Of a DNA stretch of 64,000 nucleotides, positions 26,529 to 38,869 are shown one piece after another. The translations under genes were made by a program, and so were the position numbers. Numbering within the stretch: position 1 is the first letter of the stretch; every line of letters starts with the position of its first letter. The notes under the pieces were generated by a model, which saw only the letters and a program-made list of their open reading frames with translations, was not told the origin of the DNA and did not search any database. The DNA comes from Octopus vulgaris (lineage: Eukaryota), in assembly GCA_951406725.2 (NCBI GenBank), contig OX597819.1:67022001-67086000 (forward strand), written 5' to 3'.

Positions 26529-27128
26529 GTCAATAACGGGACAAGGGCACAGAGCGGCACCAGGATTGTGAGAAATAAGAGTCAAAACGATTCATTAGTC
26601 ACAAAAAATACTATCTTAATATATTGATGAAGGAGACAGAGCTCCCTACCCTACTGAAGTAGCAGATATACCCATACCACATGATTTCGAATTCCCATGC
26701 ATAGCATCTCAATTCTTGTCAATGGATCTTACTGCGCTTAGGGTTAAACTCTACTCGCCTCGTCAACTCGTAAGAAGAACCGATGAAAGGGCGTACTGTT
26801 TCAAAACCTACAAGTGTATAAACAATGTAGGTGGTTAATATAGCAATTAAAACCTAAAGGCTAATTTATGAACGTCAATAAAGAGACGAGGGCACAAAAT
26901 GGCACCAGGTTTGCTAGAAATAAATGCCGAAACGACTCATTAGCCAGAAACAACACTATCTAAATAAATTGGTGAAGGAGACAGAGCTCTCTAATGTAAG
27001 ACAAAGCTCCCTAGTGAAGTAGCAGATATACACATATCAGGTGATTTCGAATTCCTATGCATAGCATCGCAATTGTCGTCAGTGGATATTACTGCCCCTA
27101 GGGTTTAACTCAACTTGCTTCGTCAACT
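26529..27128 (-). repeat. Two direct repeats (period ~345-360 bp), each with a minus-strand hammerhead motif
   Basis: 26529-26768 aligns with 26874-27128. Motifs: 26670-26727 (atcca TTGACAA gaatt..aattc GAAA tca-tg-tgg TA tgggt) and 27030-27088 (atcca CTGACGA caatt..aattc GAAA tca-cc-tga TA tgtgt). Confidence 0.7.
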
Positions 27129-28049
27129 AATACCATTTTGAAGCAGTACATGAATTTTTGTCAATTTATTATTCGGTCTGAATTGAAACAATTGTAGGAT
27201 TATAATATTATATTGCTATTAAGTTAAAATGCGTCTAACTTAAATCTCCATTTTCTTTTGATTTTTGTATATATATATATATTTATATTTACGCAAACAC
27301 ACTAGAGTACTCGTGACACGTTGTGTCACTGACAGTTTAGGTTATAAGACACTGAAGCTGATTTCAACACTTCATTGAAATGAAAGTTAACTTTATATTT
27401 CATTAAAATATTTCAATTCGTTTGTGTCATCATAGGTCTGGTTTACAAGTTCATGTTTAAGGTGTTATTGATTATTTACAGCATCTAACAGAAATAGAAT
27501 TTCCGGGATAAATTTGAACTCCAGTGACAGCGTATGTAACACTTCTACAAAATGAAAAAAAAAGGAATGTTTATTTAAAGTAAACATAAAATTAATGGAA
27601 CATATATATTCCCATTTCAGGGAATGATACTGTCGGAGTATTTTCCCGTTATGCACTGTTTTGACTCTTTATGGAGGTACCACAAAAACCACTTATCTTT
27701 GGAATCCGTTGTCCAGTTTACTCGAAACTTGTTTTATTCCATTTGCATTCACATTTCAGGAAAATCTTACTCTCAGAATATTTCCCATAATGCGATGGTT
27801 TGTCCAGATTTCTGAGTACCTTATTTCTTCTAATATATAATACCTGTACATCATCTCCAAACCTTCTAATATATATATATGCATATATATATTGGCCTGC
27901 TCGCTTAGCCAGCGGGGTGGCGTCATTTGAAGGCTAAAAAACGATGCGAAGCGCATTGTGATTAGCGATATGTAGCAAAATCTGATAGCCTGCTCAGTAA
28001 CGGTGATTACCGTGATATATATATGTGTGTGTATGTCCGTACATACATA

Positions 28050-28205
28050 CATACGACAGCCTTCTTTAAGTCTGCCAAATCCACTCACAAGGCTTTGGTC
28101 GACCCGAGGCTATAGTAGAAGACACAAGACCAAGATGCCACGCAGTGGGACTGAACCCGGAACCATACGGTTGGTAAGCAAGCTACTTACCACCATACAG
28201 CCAAT
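28050..28205 (-). mobile_element. tRNA-derived SINE head (CORE-like family)
   Basis: Matches 14645-14803. Confidence 0.75.
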
Positions 28206-29059
28206 CATGTGCCATTATTCATATAAATCCAATATCCACTCTTCATCTTGAACCCGCTTTTCTTTTCTCTAAATTTTTTGTTTTGTGTTATCATATAGTT
28301 TTGTTTCACTTACTCATGATGCAATATTCAGCGAAATGCTTGGTGAATCTTTGCATTCAACTTACCGTTTGATTTTACGGTGTGTCTTCCTGAAATTTTA
28401 TTTCACTACTAACCTTCGCTTTTTTAGCAAACTCTATATATGATCATTCTGGTATTTGTGAAAGATAAAGTCTAGCAAACACATTTATTGTCAGCTGCTA
28501 TATAATGAAATAACTTGCTAATTTATAGCAGAGTCTGCTGTAAATTAGCAAGTTACTTGCCGTGCTAGGAATTGTAGTGACGGGTAGTCTGTTCGTTATG
28601 TTAAAACACAATTTATATTTCTCAATATAGCATAAACTATAACAAAAAATATAGAATACAAGCTTGATGAGACCTACACGCGTATGATGCTTGATGTTCT
28701 CCTCAACATAGAACGAAAGAAGAGTTTTATGGAAATATCGCCAATATATCATGAATCATTCGAGAGTGGAGAACAGGATATTCTGGTCACTGCTAGGGAA
28801 ACAGAGGTGAATTGGTGAGATTAGTCTGTTGGTCTGGAGATTTTAATGTCGGATGACCGAAAATGGTGTACATTGATCAAATAATTAATGATGCCCAGTT
28901 GCAAATAGAAGACCACGAAAATATAAAAAAGATGAAGCATGGAGATAACAAGTGGTTTTGGTCCAAGTAACCTGTCTGAAATGATAGATAAGCTACATAG
29001 ATTGAGAGATATAGATACATAAATAGATAGCTACACACACATATATACATATACTTTTC

Positions 29060-29270
29060 TACTCTAGGCACAAGGCCCGAAATTTTGGGGGAAGAGGCCA
29101 GTCGATTAGATCGACCCCACCCCAGTACTCAACAGGTAATTAATTTATCGACCCGAAGTGATGAAAGCTAAAGTCGATCTCTGCGGAATTTGAACTCAGA
29201 ACGTAAAGACCACGAAATGCTGATAAGCATTTCGCCCGGCGTGCTAGAGTTTCTGCCAGCTCACCGCCTT
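29060..29270 (-). mobile_element. Nin/Deu-domain SINE
   Basis: Reverse complement of the 5658-5875 unit. Confidence 0.8.
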
Positions 29271-29951
29271 CACATACATATACATATATGTGTATAAAAT
29301 ATTTACAGTTAACCTCTTGTTAAATTTTATCATTCCCTTGAAAAATACTTGAGACATAATTGTGTTTTTTATATAATATGAGATAAAAACAAACATATTT
29401 GAGTATGATCTAGTGTGCATATGGAACTATATATACACAAGCACAAACAATTTTCTATACACATTGCGCGTGAAGATGCTGTATATTTAATTTTGTGTTT
29501 GTAGTGTTTTTTGGTTTTTTTTTTTAGAGAGAGACACCCTCTCATCCGTTACATTTTGAATTGGACTATGCACCAACATACTGAGGCAAGGTCCCATTAA
29601 GATTCTTTTGAATATCTTGCTTGAGCTGTTCATTTAGCTTCCTGCCGTCTGCACTTCTTTCCTCTTCCATAAATTATTTGATTGCGGAAATTTCGGTGTA
29701 GCCCAATGTATTCCAGAGTAATCTTAATGCAATCGTTAGACCTTAAATTCTCACTATTCAGAAATCGGTCAGGTTTAAAAACAACATTCAACTTGGCCAG
29801 ATGAAAAATCCATCGTAATCAATGCTAAACTACTAGGGATCCTAAATTGGTAGACTCAGTATATTCGAGAACTTCAGCGTCACTAAGATTTGCCATTCAG
29901 GCATTGTTGGACAATATGCTTCAGTTTCTGGCAAACAGTCACATGAAGAAA

Positions 29952-29982
29952 TAGACATATAGATAGATAAATATATAGATAA

Positions 29983-30014
<32 letters not shown>

Positions 30015-30018
30015 ATAG

Positions 30019-30049
<31 letters not shown>

Positions 30050-30122
30050 TATACATAGATAGGTAGGTAGATAAATAGATAGATAAATAGATAGATAGAT
30101 ATATATAGATAGATAGATAGAC

Positions 30123-30158
<36 letters not shown>

Positions 30159-30180
30159 TGATAGATAGATAAATAGATAG

Positions 30181-30211
<31 letters not shown>

Positions 30212-30240
30212 GATATATAGATAAATAGATAGATAGATAT

Positions 30241-30273
<33 letters not shown>

Positions 30274-30274
30274 C

Positions 30275-30342
<68 letters not shown>

Positions 30343-30355
30343 GATAGATAGATAA
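29952..30355. repeat. (GATA)n microsatellite
   Basis: Directly visible; explains the YLSI ORF. Confidence 0.95.
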
Positions 30356-30540
30356 AACTTACTTGGAAAAGGTTGCGTGGCATTCGATCATATAATAATA
30401 GAAATAATATATTAAAAGAATGCATATATACATACATATATGTACATGCATGTATATATACATATATATGTAGGTATGTACATATATGTATGTATATATG
30501 CATTTTTATATATTATTTTTAAATATATATATTTATATAT

Positions 30541-30718
30541 ATATTTACATTATTTACATTTCACGGATATTTGTCCTCATCTTGTTTGTTCTAAACACAA
30601 AGTTTCAGCTGATATACTCTCCAGCCTTCATCAGGTGGCTTGGGGAAATTTCGAACCTGGGCTCTTATATATGTACATAAATTAATGAACATAATTCCTC
30701 CTGTCTTAAATACAGAAC

Positions 30719-30720
<2 letters not shown>
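30541..30720 (-). mobile_element. Second, inverted/truncated copy of the hammerhead-bearing element at 16.0-16.3 kb
   Basis: Minus 30594-30640: ccac CTGATGA a GGCTG gagagtatat CAGCT GAAA CT TT gtgt; followed on plus by the element's 3' terminus (cataattcctcctgtcttaaatacagaact). Confidence 0.7.
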
Positions 30721-30756
<36 letters not shown>

Positions 30757-31358
30757 TACAGATCAACAGATACAGACATATACTTACATGTGTATATGTG
30801 CACCACATTTTTGAGCGTCATTGCGTGTACGTGTCACTCTCTTGAATGTGTGTGTGTGTGTTTGTTTCTGTGTGTGTGCGAGCGAACAAAATTAGGTTAG
30901 TCAAACTTTTGAACGATTTAGGCAATAGAAATGTATTGTCATTCATCATGTGATATCAGTTCAATTTCTTATTCCAAAGTCATCAAATTTATTTAATCAA
31001 TATATTTCACAAGTGATTAATTAAAATAATTATCTGTTTGTTCATTTATAAAGCTAATGCTCTACGTAGAATTTTAGTAAAAAAAAAAAAAAAAAAACAA
31101 TAAAAAGAAGCAGGATTGAAAAACAAATGGAAATGGCAAAATGTAAGACTAATCGATTGTGCAGGAGGTCGGTTGTAAGCTGTAGTTTGATGGAATAAGA
31201 ATAGAAATAATTTGGATGGTAAAATCAGAAGAGAAAATTAAAAATTTGGCAATCGGGAGACAATAACGCAAGAGAAGAAAATACTACATATACACATATG
31301 TACATACATGCATGTATTTATACACGCATATATAAATACATACACACATACATACATA

Positions 31359-31401
<43 letters not shown>

Positions 31402-31416
31402 ACACACACATGATAT

Positions 31417-31461
<45 letters not shown>

Positions 31462-31701
31462 ATGAAGATTCGATCTGGAAATAAGAGGCGATTTCATATT
31501 CTAAACAGATCAATCAAACCAGATTACAGTAACTACGAAATTATTTATTTATGTTTATATTTAATTACAAACATATATGCACATACTCGTACACTTTGAC
31601 ACAAGCATATGCGTATGTGTAACAATAGATATCTATGTTTAAACAAACACACAGAGAAACACTGACAGGAACACACACGCACACACACACACACACACAC
31701 A

Positions 31702-31740
<39 letters not shown>

Positions 31741-31845
31741 CATACATGTATATATATGTATATATATATATGGATACATATATGTATATATTTATATATA
31801 TATATATATATGTAGGTATATATATATATATATATATATATATGT

Positions 31846-31886
<41 letters not shown>

Positions 31887-31888
31887 GG

Positions 31889-31957
<69 letters not shown>

Positions 31958-34139
31958 GTGTGTGTGTATTTCTGCGTGTTTATATGTGTGTATGAATGTA
32001 CATGTATGTAAGCAAATCTGTGTATTGATTACTTAACATGTATCGCAAACATTCAAAGCGAAATAGCGGGAAAAAGAAAGATGAAAACAAACGAATGAAA
32101 TCTCATATTAATCGTTCATGAACGTGGCAAGAAGTAATATATAAAATCTAGGAAAATGTGTAATATTATTCTTTAAACGAAGTTGAAAAAAAAAAATATT
32201 TGAAAAGTAAACAACCAGAAAGATCATATAAATTATTATGAAATATATCATTGACATTATGTCAAATTTATATATAACAATACAAAATTAAAAAATATAT
32301 AATTTACAGAAAAATAATCATAAATAAATGCTCTTCATTAAAGAGATATTTTTCTTTTCATATTCTTTCTTTATTTGTTTGTGTATTTATTTCATGAGAC
32401 AATACGGAGATCAAATTTAGAAGACTTGAGTCAAATAAATTCAGGTTAAAATAAACAAACATGACACGCATCGAAGATGAAAAATAATTATATACATACA
32501 TATATACTTCATGAATGAATGAACGTTAATTAAATTGACATAATGGTTATTCTACGAATGCTTTGCTATAATAGCGATAGATTAAATAAATGTATATGCT
32601 GCAGAATGGCTATGTTCTATTATGATACCGCAAAACGGAAAATTATATGAAAGTGTATATGCATACATACACGCGTATGCATTATCTTTGTCTTTATTAA
32701 TTTAGGTATGCTTAAATATATATATGTCTATATATTTGCTTGTATATACATATATGTTCATATGGGAATATTTTGTACAATATAAAGGTTGATCATCTTA
32801 TTCCGAGTATCTGCTTACTCGAGCAAGAAACAAAAACTATAATGTCAGCAACTGGCCACATGCTAATATGCTTACGCCTTCTCTGACAAATTGCGCAAGG
32901 CTCATCATTTCCCATTACTTATCCTGCGTTATATTTAGTAGCGTCCACATTTTGTCATTGCCTTTTTTCTTCCTCTTAACTGATCTTTAGCACAATTATT
33001 ACCCTACCTTCTTGCAGAAAAATAAAGCCTCAAATCTATTGTGACGGTGAAAATTACTAATACGCATTCTGAAGTGGCTTCCAGCTTGCTCTTTGTTAGT
33101 GCCAATTTGGGTGTATATACATTTACACATGGTTGAGTGAGTGTGTGTATCTGCGAGTGCAGTCAATCGCATATACATTTACAATTACGCTAGTATATGT
33201 ACGTGCATATATATGCTATTTTAAAAATTTCTTTTGCATTGAACTTGACTTAATCATTTGCGTGATATCCAGGTCCTGCACATGCCCTCAATACACCTGA
33301 ATAAACTTTCCAGCTATCACTTTTCATCGATGAGTCTATGAGTCTCCAAGATAAGCGATGAGTCTCCAAGATGAATCTCTAAGATAAGCGTACGGCAATT
33401 TGGCCATGCTTCCAGAAAAATAACACACAGTAGAAACACCTGTGATTATACAAACGAGCGAACATACAGAATGAAACACTATTTCTAAGTCCTCTTTCAT
33501 CATGTTACTATATAAAACCTGATTTCCAATTCGTACTTCATTTAAGAATTTTATTAACTGGATTTTATACCTGTATTTATATATATACATGTGTGCGTGC
33601 CTGTATGCATGCGTCTGTGTTTGTGTGTGCATGTGTGTGTCTGTGTGCTATTTGTGTCTGTGCCCGTTTGTGTATGATATTTAATAATCAAAATATCTGT
33701 AATTTTGAGCTACAAACGCTTCCATGCAATGAAAATAACTCTGATCAAAACGTCTGGTTCATTGGCACAATATTCTGGCTCAGCCCACATGTCATACATT
33801 CACGGAACAGTATGCTATGCATGTGTGTGTGTGTGTTTGAGCGTATCTGTGTGTGATAGTTTTAATACACAAAGAAATTCTGTCTAACAAGGCAGCATTC
33901 TCCTTGTTCCACATTTAGGTATACACACACACGCTCTCACACACACATATCAGATATATATGCATAATTTGCAGCTCATTACACCTGTTTCTTACATATT
34001 TGAAATAGAAGAATGAGAACATTACCCCATTACAAAGAATCGTAATCATCAGATGAATCCTTATTTTACTATATATGTACACATATATATTCTCCTATGT
34101 GTGTGTATACATGAATATATATATATATCTAGTATATAC

Positions 34140-34183
<44 letters not shown>

Positions 34184-34199
34184 CACTCGACACCGTCGG

Positions 34200-34554
34200 T
34201 CACAAATGACTATGGGTGCACTTAGGTGGTTCCTCGGCAGGGTACAAATCTGGGAGAAAAGGCGCCTCACCGGCAAACACACAACCTAGGGTGGTTTTTA
34301 TGGAAGAACAGCAGTCGCGCATGCATACCAACCTCCCCTCTCCACGACACCAACGTTATCCAAGGGAAAGGCAAAGAGGCCGATACAGCTTAGCACCAGT
34401 GACGTTGCTACTCATTTCTACACCTGAGTGAGCTGGAGCAACGGTAAATAAAGTGTCTTGCTTAAGAACACAACACGCATCTTGGTCTGTAAATCGAACT
34501 CACAGCCTCTCGATCGTAAGCTCGAAACTCTAACAATTGAGCCATTTGCCTTCA

Positions 34555-34555
<1 letters not shown>
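34200..34555 (-). mobile_element. tRNA-derived SINE (V/Meta-like family)
   Basis: Reverse complement of 16400-16712, including the tRNA head. Confidence 0.65.
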
Positions 34556-34641
<86 letters not shown>

Positions 34642-34803
34642 GTGTGTGTGATTGTGTATAGAAGAATATATTAATAAAAAGAATTCCAACCTTGTCTGAT
34701 TTTCACGTTTTATTTACAATCTTATAATGATATATTATAAGATAATATATTATAATTGAATAAAATAAAATGAAATAGTAGAATGTTAAATATTCATTCT
34801 GAT

Positions 34804-34848
34804 TGAACTAGTACTTTCATGCATTGAATTCTGCAATCTTCGGGTTCA
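34804..34848 (-). ncRNA. Type I hammerhead motif (CCGA core variant)
   Basis: TGAAC CCGAAGA tTGCA-gaattcaa-TGCAt GAAA GTAC TA GTTCA: perfect 5-bp stem I, palindromic AGTACT stem III, CUA triplet. Confidence 0.7.
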
Positions 34849-35326
34849 TGTAGTAGTGTTGACAGTCATGCTTCACAATTTTTGACTGTAGCAAGATGAG
34901 TGATTCTGTGCTATAAATACAGCTGGGTAGGCTCCAGAGTGCTAGGTTTTGCAAACTGTATTCTGACCAATCAGTGTGTAGTATCACTCAATTACTTAAG
35001 CTGATTGGTTGGTTGAGCTGATTGGTTTAGGCATCACGCTTTGTTGGACAGGTCAAGAGTCCTGTATCTTGACCCTGGCCGAAGCAGCAATTGTTGGGTT
35101 ATTTTTAGAAATGTTGTAAATATCCTTTGTCAGAGATTTTTATATTTTTATATTTCAATTGTCATCATCATCATTGTCAGCACCTTAATTATTGTTGCTA
35201 GTGGTGATGGTGGTGGCAATAGAACTTTTAACCCTAAATAAGATAATTTTCCTGCTATCTTCGTCTTGATCACCTTTAGTATTGTTGTTGTTGTTAGTGG
35301 TCATGGTCGTAGCAGTGGAAGTAATA

Positions 35327-35383
<57 letters not shown>

Positions 35384-35418
35384 AGTTGAACGAAGATTGT
35401 ACATAATTCCTTTTATTA

Positions 35419-35501
35419 CATTCTACACATGTTTCAAAGGCCACAATTTTCCAAATTCTGATTAAATAAGGATACCATATTGCAGCTTTCTCTTCAGGAA
35501 A
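35419..35501 (-). ncRNA. Type I hammerhead motif with extended stem II
   Basis: ttc CTGAAGA gaaagctgcaat...attgtggccttt GAAA CA-tg-TG TA gaa. Confidence 0.6.
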
Positions 35502-35551
35502 AACCAGGAATTACGTTGTCAGAACAAAACAAAACAGAGGCGCAGCAAAGC

Positions 35552-35632
35552 AATTCGAACGAGGACGCTCCTTAAGAGCCCATGAGTAAACATTTTACCC
35601 ATGGGCTCTTAAGGAGCGTCCTCGTTCGAATT
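35552..35632. repeat. ~39-bp-arm near-perfect palindrome
   Basis: aattcgaacgaggacgctccttaagagcccatgagtaaa-cat-tttacccatgggctcttaaggagcgtcctcgttcgaatt. Confidence 0.9.
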
Positions 35633-35650
35633 TTTCCTTCCATCAAAACC

Positions 35651-36110
35651 CTCTTAGAGTAGCCACCTGGTTTTGCCATTTCTAAAGGGCAAGAATCAAC
35701 TCATCATTTTCTATTGAAAGAACTGACCAGCTGTAAAGATGTAAGCACATTTTTTCTTCTTTCTCTCTTCCTTCTTTCTCCCCTTCTTTTTTTCATTGAC
35801 ACTCCTTTCAGATGCACAGGCGCACACACTCACACACAAAACACACACACACACACACACACACACTCTCACTGGACGATGATGATGACGATGATAATAA
35901 TTCCAGACAATTTTTTGAAAAATAACATTTATCAAGACCACTCAGAGTAGCCACCTGGTTTTACCATTTTAAAGGCCAATAATTAACACATCACTTTCTA
36001 TTGAAAGAACTGAGCAGCTGTAAAGATGTAACCATTTTTTCTTCTTTCTCTCTCCCTTATTCATTCCTTGTCTTTTCCACTGACACTCCTTTCAGATACA
36101 CACACACAAA
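35651..36110 (+). repeat. Diverged direct repeat, period ~288 bp
   Basis: agagtagccacctggtttt...ctattgaaagaactga.cagctgtaaagatgtaa...tgacactcctttcagat occurs at ~35656 and ~35944. Confidence 0.85.
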
Positions 36111-36115
36111 CACAT

Positions 36116-36160
36116 TCAATCTGAAGAGTCTACTACAGTAGACGCAAGCGCTCGATATGA
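36116..36160 (+). ncRNA. Decayed hammerhead motif
   Basis: CTGAAGA GTCTAC-taca-GTAGAC GCAA GCGC TC: perfect stem II and palindromic AGCGCT stem III, but GAAA is GCAA and stem I is poor. Confidence 0.5.
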
Positions 36161-36549
36161 TTTATAAAAACATGTGACATTTTAATAATAATTTGCAAAT
36201 TTAAAACCATCCAGATTCCTGAGTACCTTATTTCTTGTAATATATGTGCGTATATATATATATATATATATATGCATATATAATTGTATAAAATTTGGAG
36301 TCAACAAAGAGTACGTTTGAATGCTTATTCTTCAATCGCTTCAATTGGTTCTACGCAACGTAGTTCTCGAAGCATGCAGGTACGTGACTATTCAACCGTA
36401 GTCAGGAATAGTTAGCAGAATTTTCCAGTTGATCTAAATATATTTATACATCACAAGGCGGTGCTCCAGCATGGCAACAGTCTAATGATTGAAACAACTA
36501 AAAGATAAAAACAAAGATAAGCATGCGTGTATGTGTGCAGATAAGATGC

Positions 36550-36578
<29 letters not shown>

Positions 36579-36580
<2 letters not shown>

Positions 36581-37595
36581 AGCATTAAAGACACGTCGTT
36601 GCCGGGTCATAGTGCTAGTGCATGTACATATGTGTATTTATATGTGTACATATTACATGTACATCTATATATATACATCTACACATAAAATACAAAATAC
36701 ACAGTTATATCTTAATATCGCTAGTGATAACAATACTCAAAATATATAACAGACAGGAATTGTTAGCCCGTCTCTTGTAATTTCGATCAATTTTGTCTTG
36801 TCCTTCCTCTTGTATAGAAGCGTGGCTACAATCCAGCCTACCTCTACTTCTGAGGGGGAGGGGGTAATTTAAAGTTTTTTCCGGGACGTCCTACGTCCCA
36901 GATATAAAGGTAAAACTAAAATATTTCCACTTTGCGAGTTCGAGTCGAGTACTCCTTTGCACGCTCCGTTGACTCGAACCTTGCTTCTATTGTGGCGAAT
37001 TTACCGCCTCTGATTAGATACCTTTCATAGTCGCACCAAAATACTTTTCGAAGGTGCTTTCCTCCATGTGTTCAAATCTTCTTTTTTCTCTACATTGTCT
37101 ACTTTATAGACAATAGTCTTTTCTTTAATTTAAATAATTATTATCCATCTGGACTATTCCATTTCTGCACGCTAATTTTATTTTTAATTTATTCCCATTC
37201 ATGTGAAAGCACTTATTCAAGTTCAAGTCATTTATGCAATTTTATATCAATTGCTATTTTTACTTTTGTTATGTTACGATTATATATACTTTAGTTTGAT
37301 GTTAATTATTACTTACTACATATAATTCAATTGTTATTATTATTTTTATTGTTAAAGTGAAAGTATCTGACATAAAATAGAGAAACGTTTTTGTTTCACT
37401 TTTTCCACGTAATACTGAAATAGTGGAGAAGATATAACATTGCTATGGGCTCGCTCTAGGCAAGAAGTTGAACATTTTTTGCCCATGAAACTACATGGAC
37501 CCTAAGTAAGGCATGTGTAAAATTTGTATGAAATTGGTTGTGTAGTTCTCAAATTTTAGGGAAACACACAGACAGACAGACAGACACACATTTCA

Positions 37596-37633
<38 letters not shown>

Positions 37634-37680
37634 GACAGACAGACAGACAAACACACACACATTCTCAGTTTTATATATAT
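36579..37680 (-). mobile_element. Non-autonomous Helitron with (CTGT)n near the 5' end
   Basis: Minus 5' end TATATATAAAACTGA..(CTGT)n, present twice; 3' end GACCCGGCAACGACGTGTC hairpin then CTAG|T; 3' 270 bp repeated at 47522-47792. Confidence 0.7.
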
Positions 37681-37718
37681 AAATATATATACATATAGTG
37701 AGAATATAAAAAAAAGAC

Positions 37719-37820
37719 CAGCTCAGTGCCGTGCTTCACCGAGATTTGGGCCCATTATCTTTAGTGGAGATATACTGAGCATAATGGGCCCAAATCTCGG
37801 TGAAGCGCGGCACTCAGCTG
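37719..37820. repeat. 40-bp-arm GC-rich hairpin between (TA)n runs
   Basis: 37719-37758 pairs with 37781-37820. Confidence 0.85.
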
Positions 37821-37876
37821 ATCACTGTAGCCGAACGAAAAGTGGAGCACTCGGTTTTTTTCTAATATATATATAT

Positions 37877-37950
<74 letters not shown>

Positions 37951-38029
37951 ATAAAATATTAGGGAATAAATCCAAACTTACAGGGAAAAATCAGATTTAG
38001 GAGTGAAACTAATTTTATAGTAAAATATT

Positions 38030-38237
38030 ATATTATATTAAATTAGAGATAAAAAGCACTATTAGGCAAATCATACAATGAATAACTTAAGTCAATACAT
38101 AAGATTAATTAATTTATATTATTTTAAATATATCAATTTAATAATTTTGATAAAATAATATAAATTAATTAATCTTATGTATTGGTTTAAGTTTTTCATT
38201 GTATGATTTGCCTTATAGTGGTTTTATCTCTAATTTA

Positions 38238-38245
<8 letters not shown>
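38030..38245. repeat. ~95-bp-arm AT-rich inverted repeat between (TA)n runs
   Basis: 38030-38126 pairs with 38151-38245. Confidence 0.85.
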
Positions 38246-38308
<63 letters not shown>

Positions 38309-38434
38309 ATATTAAATTAGATATGAACATTTAACGTGGTTTTTAAGAGTCAGGGATTTGACTGCTATTTCGGCATGGTGGTATCTCTCAGACACCCTTA
38401 TTTTTAGTTATATATATAACACACACACACACAC

Positions 38435-38474
<40 letters not shown>

Positions 38475-38682
38475 AATAAGGATAATATAGATATTTAAAT
38501 ATCGATATTTTCAAGAGGCCAGCATGGGAAAAATACCATACAACGGTAATAATTTTTTTACAACTAAAAATAAGGGTGTCTGAGAGACATCACCATGCCG
38601 AAATAGCGCGTTAAATGTTCATATCGCACCATGAGATAAGACAGAGGGACAAAATAGTCTAGCAAAAAGATATTGCTGAATA

Positions 38683-38741
38683 ATTCAAGATCCTGGATTT
38701 CTAGTTTTGCTTTAATTAAGCTTTGCCGTCATCAGTTGAAT
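38683..38741 (-). ncRNA. Type I hammerhead motif (mirror copy)
   Basis: Reverse complement of 38811-38869. Confidence 0.7.
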
Positions 38742-38810
38742 ATATCAGTTAAATATATCCGAGCACATAAATACAAACATATTTATGTGCTCGGATATAT
38801 TAACTGATAT

Positions 38811-38869
38811 ATTCAACTGATGACGGCAAAGCTTAATTAAAGCAAAACTAGAAATCCAGGATCTTGAAT
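38811..38869 (+). ncRNA. Type I hammerhead motif, canonical core
   Basis: ATTCAA CTGATGA cgg..gcttaattaaagc..cta GAAA TCC-a-GGA TC TTGAAT; perfect 6-bp stem I extended by actga/tcagt; AUC triplet at 38863; base of stem II is imperfect. Confidence 0.75.

Noticed and set aside
27302-27329. CTAG plus gtgacac/gtgtcac hairpin as a Helitron end
   Set aside because: No matching 5' end or second copy in the window
38574-38606. Extra hammerhead at gggtgt CTGAGAGA...GAAA tagc
   Set aside because: Core has an extra base, and stems II and III cannot be paired
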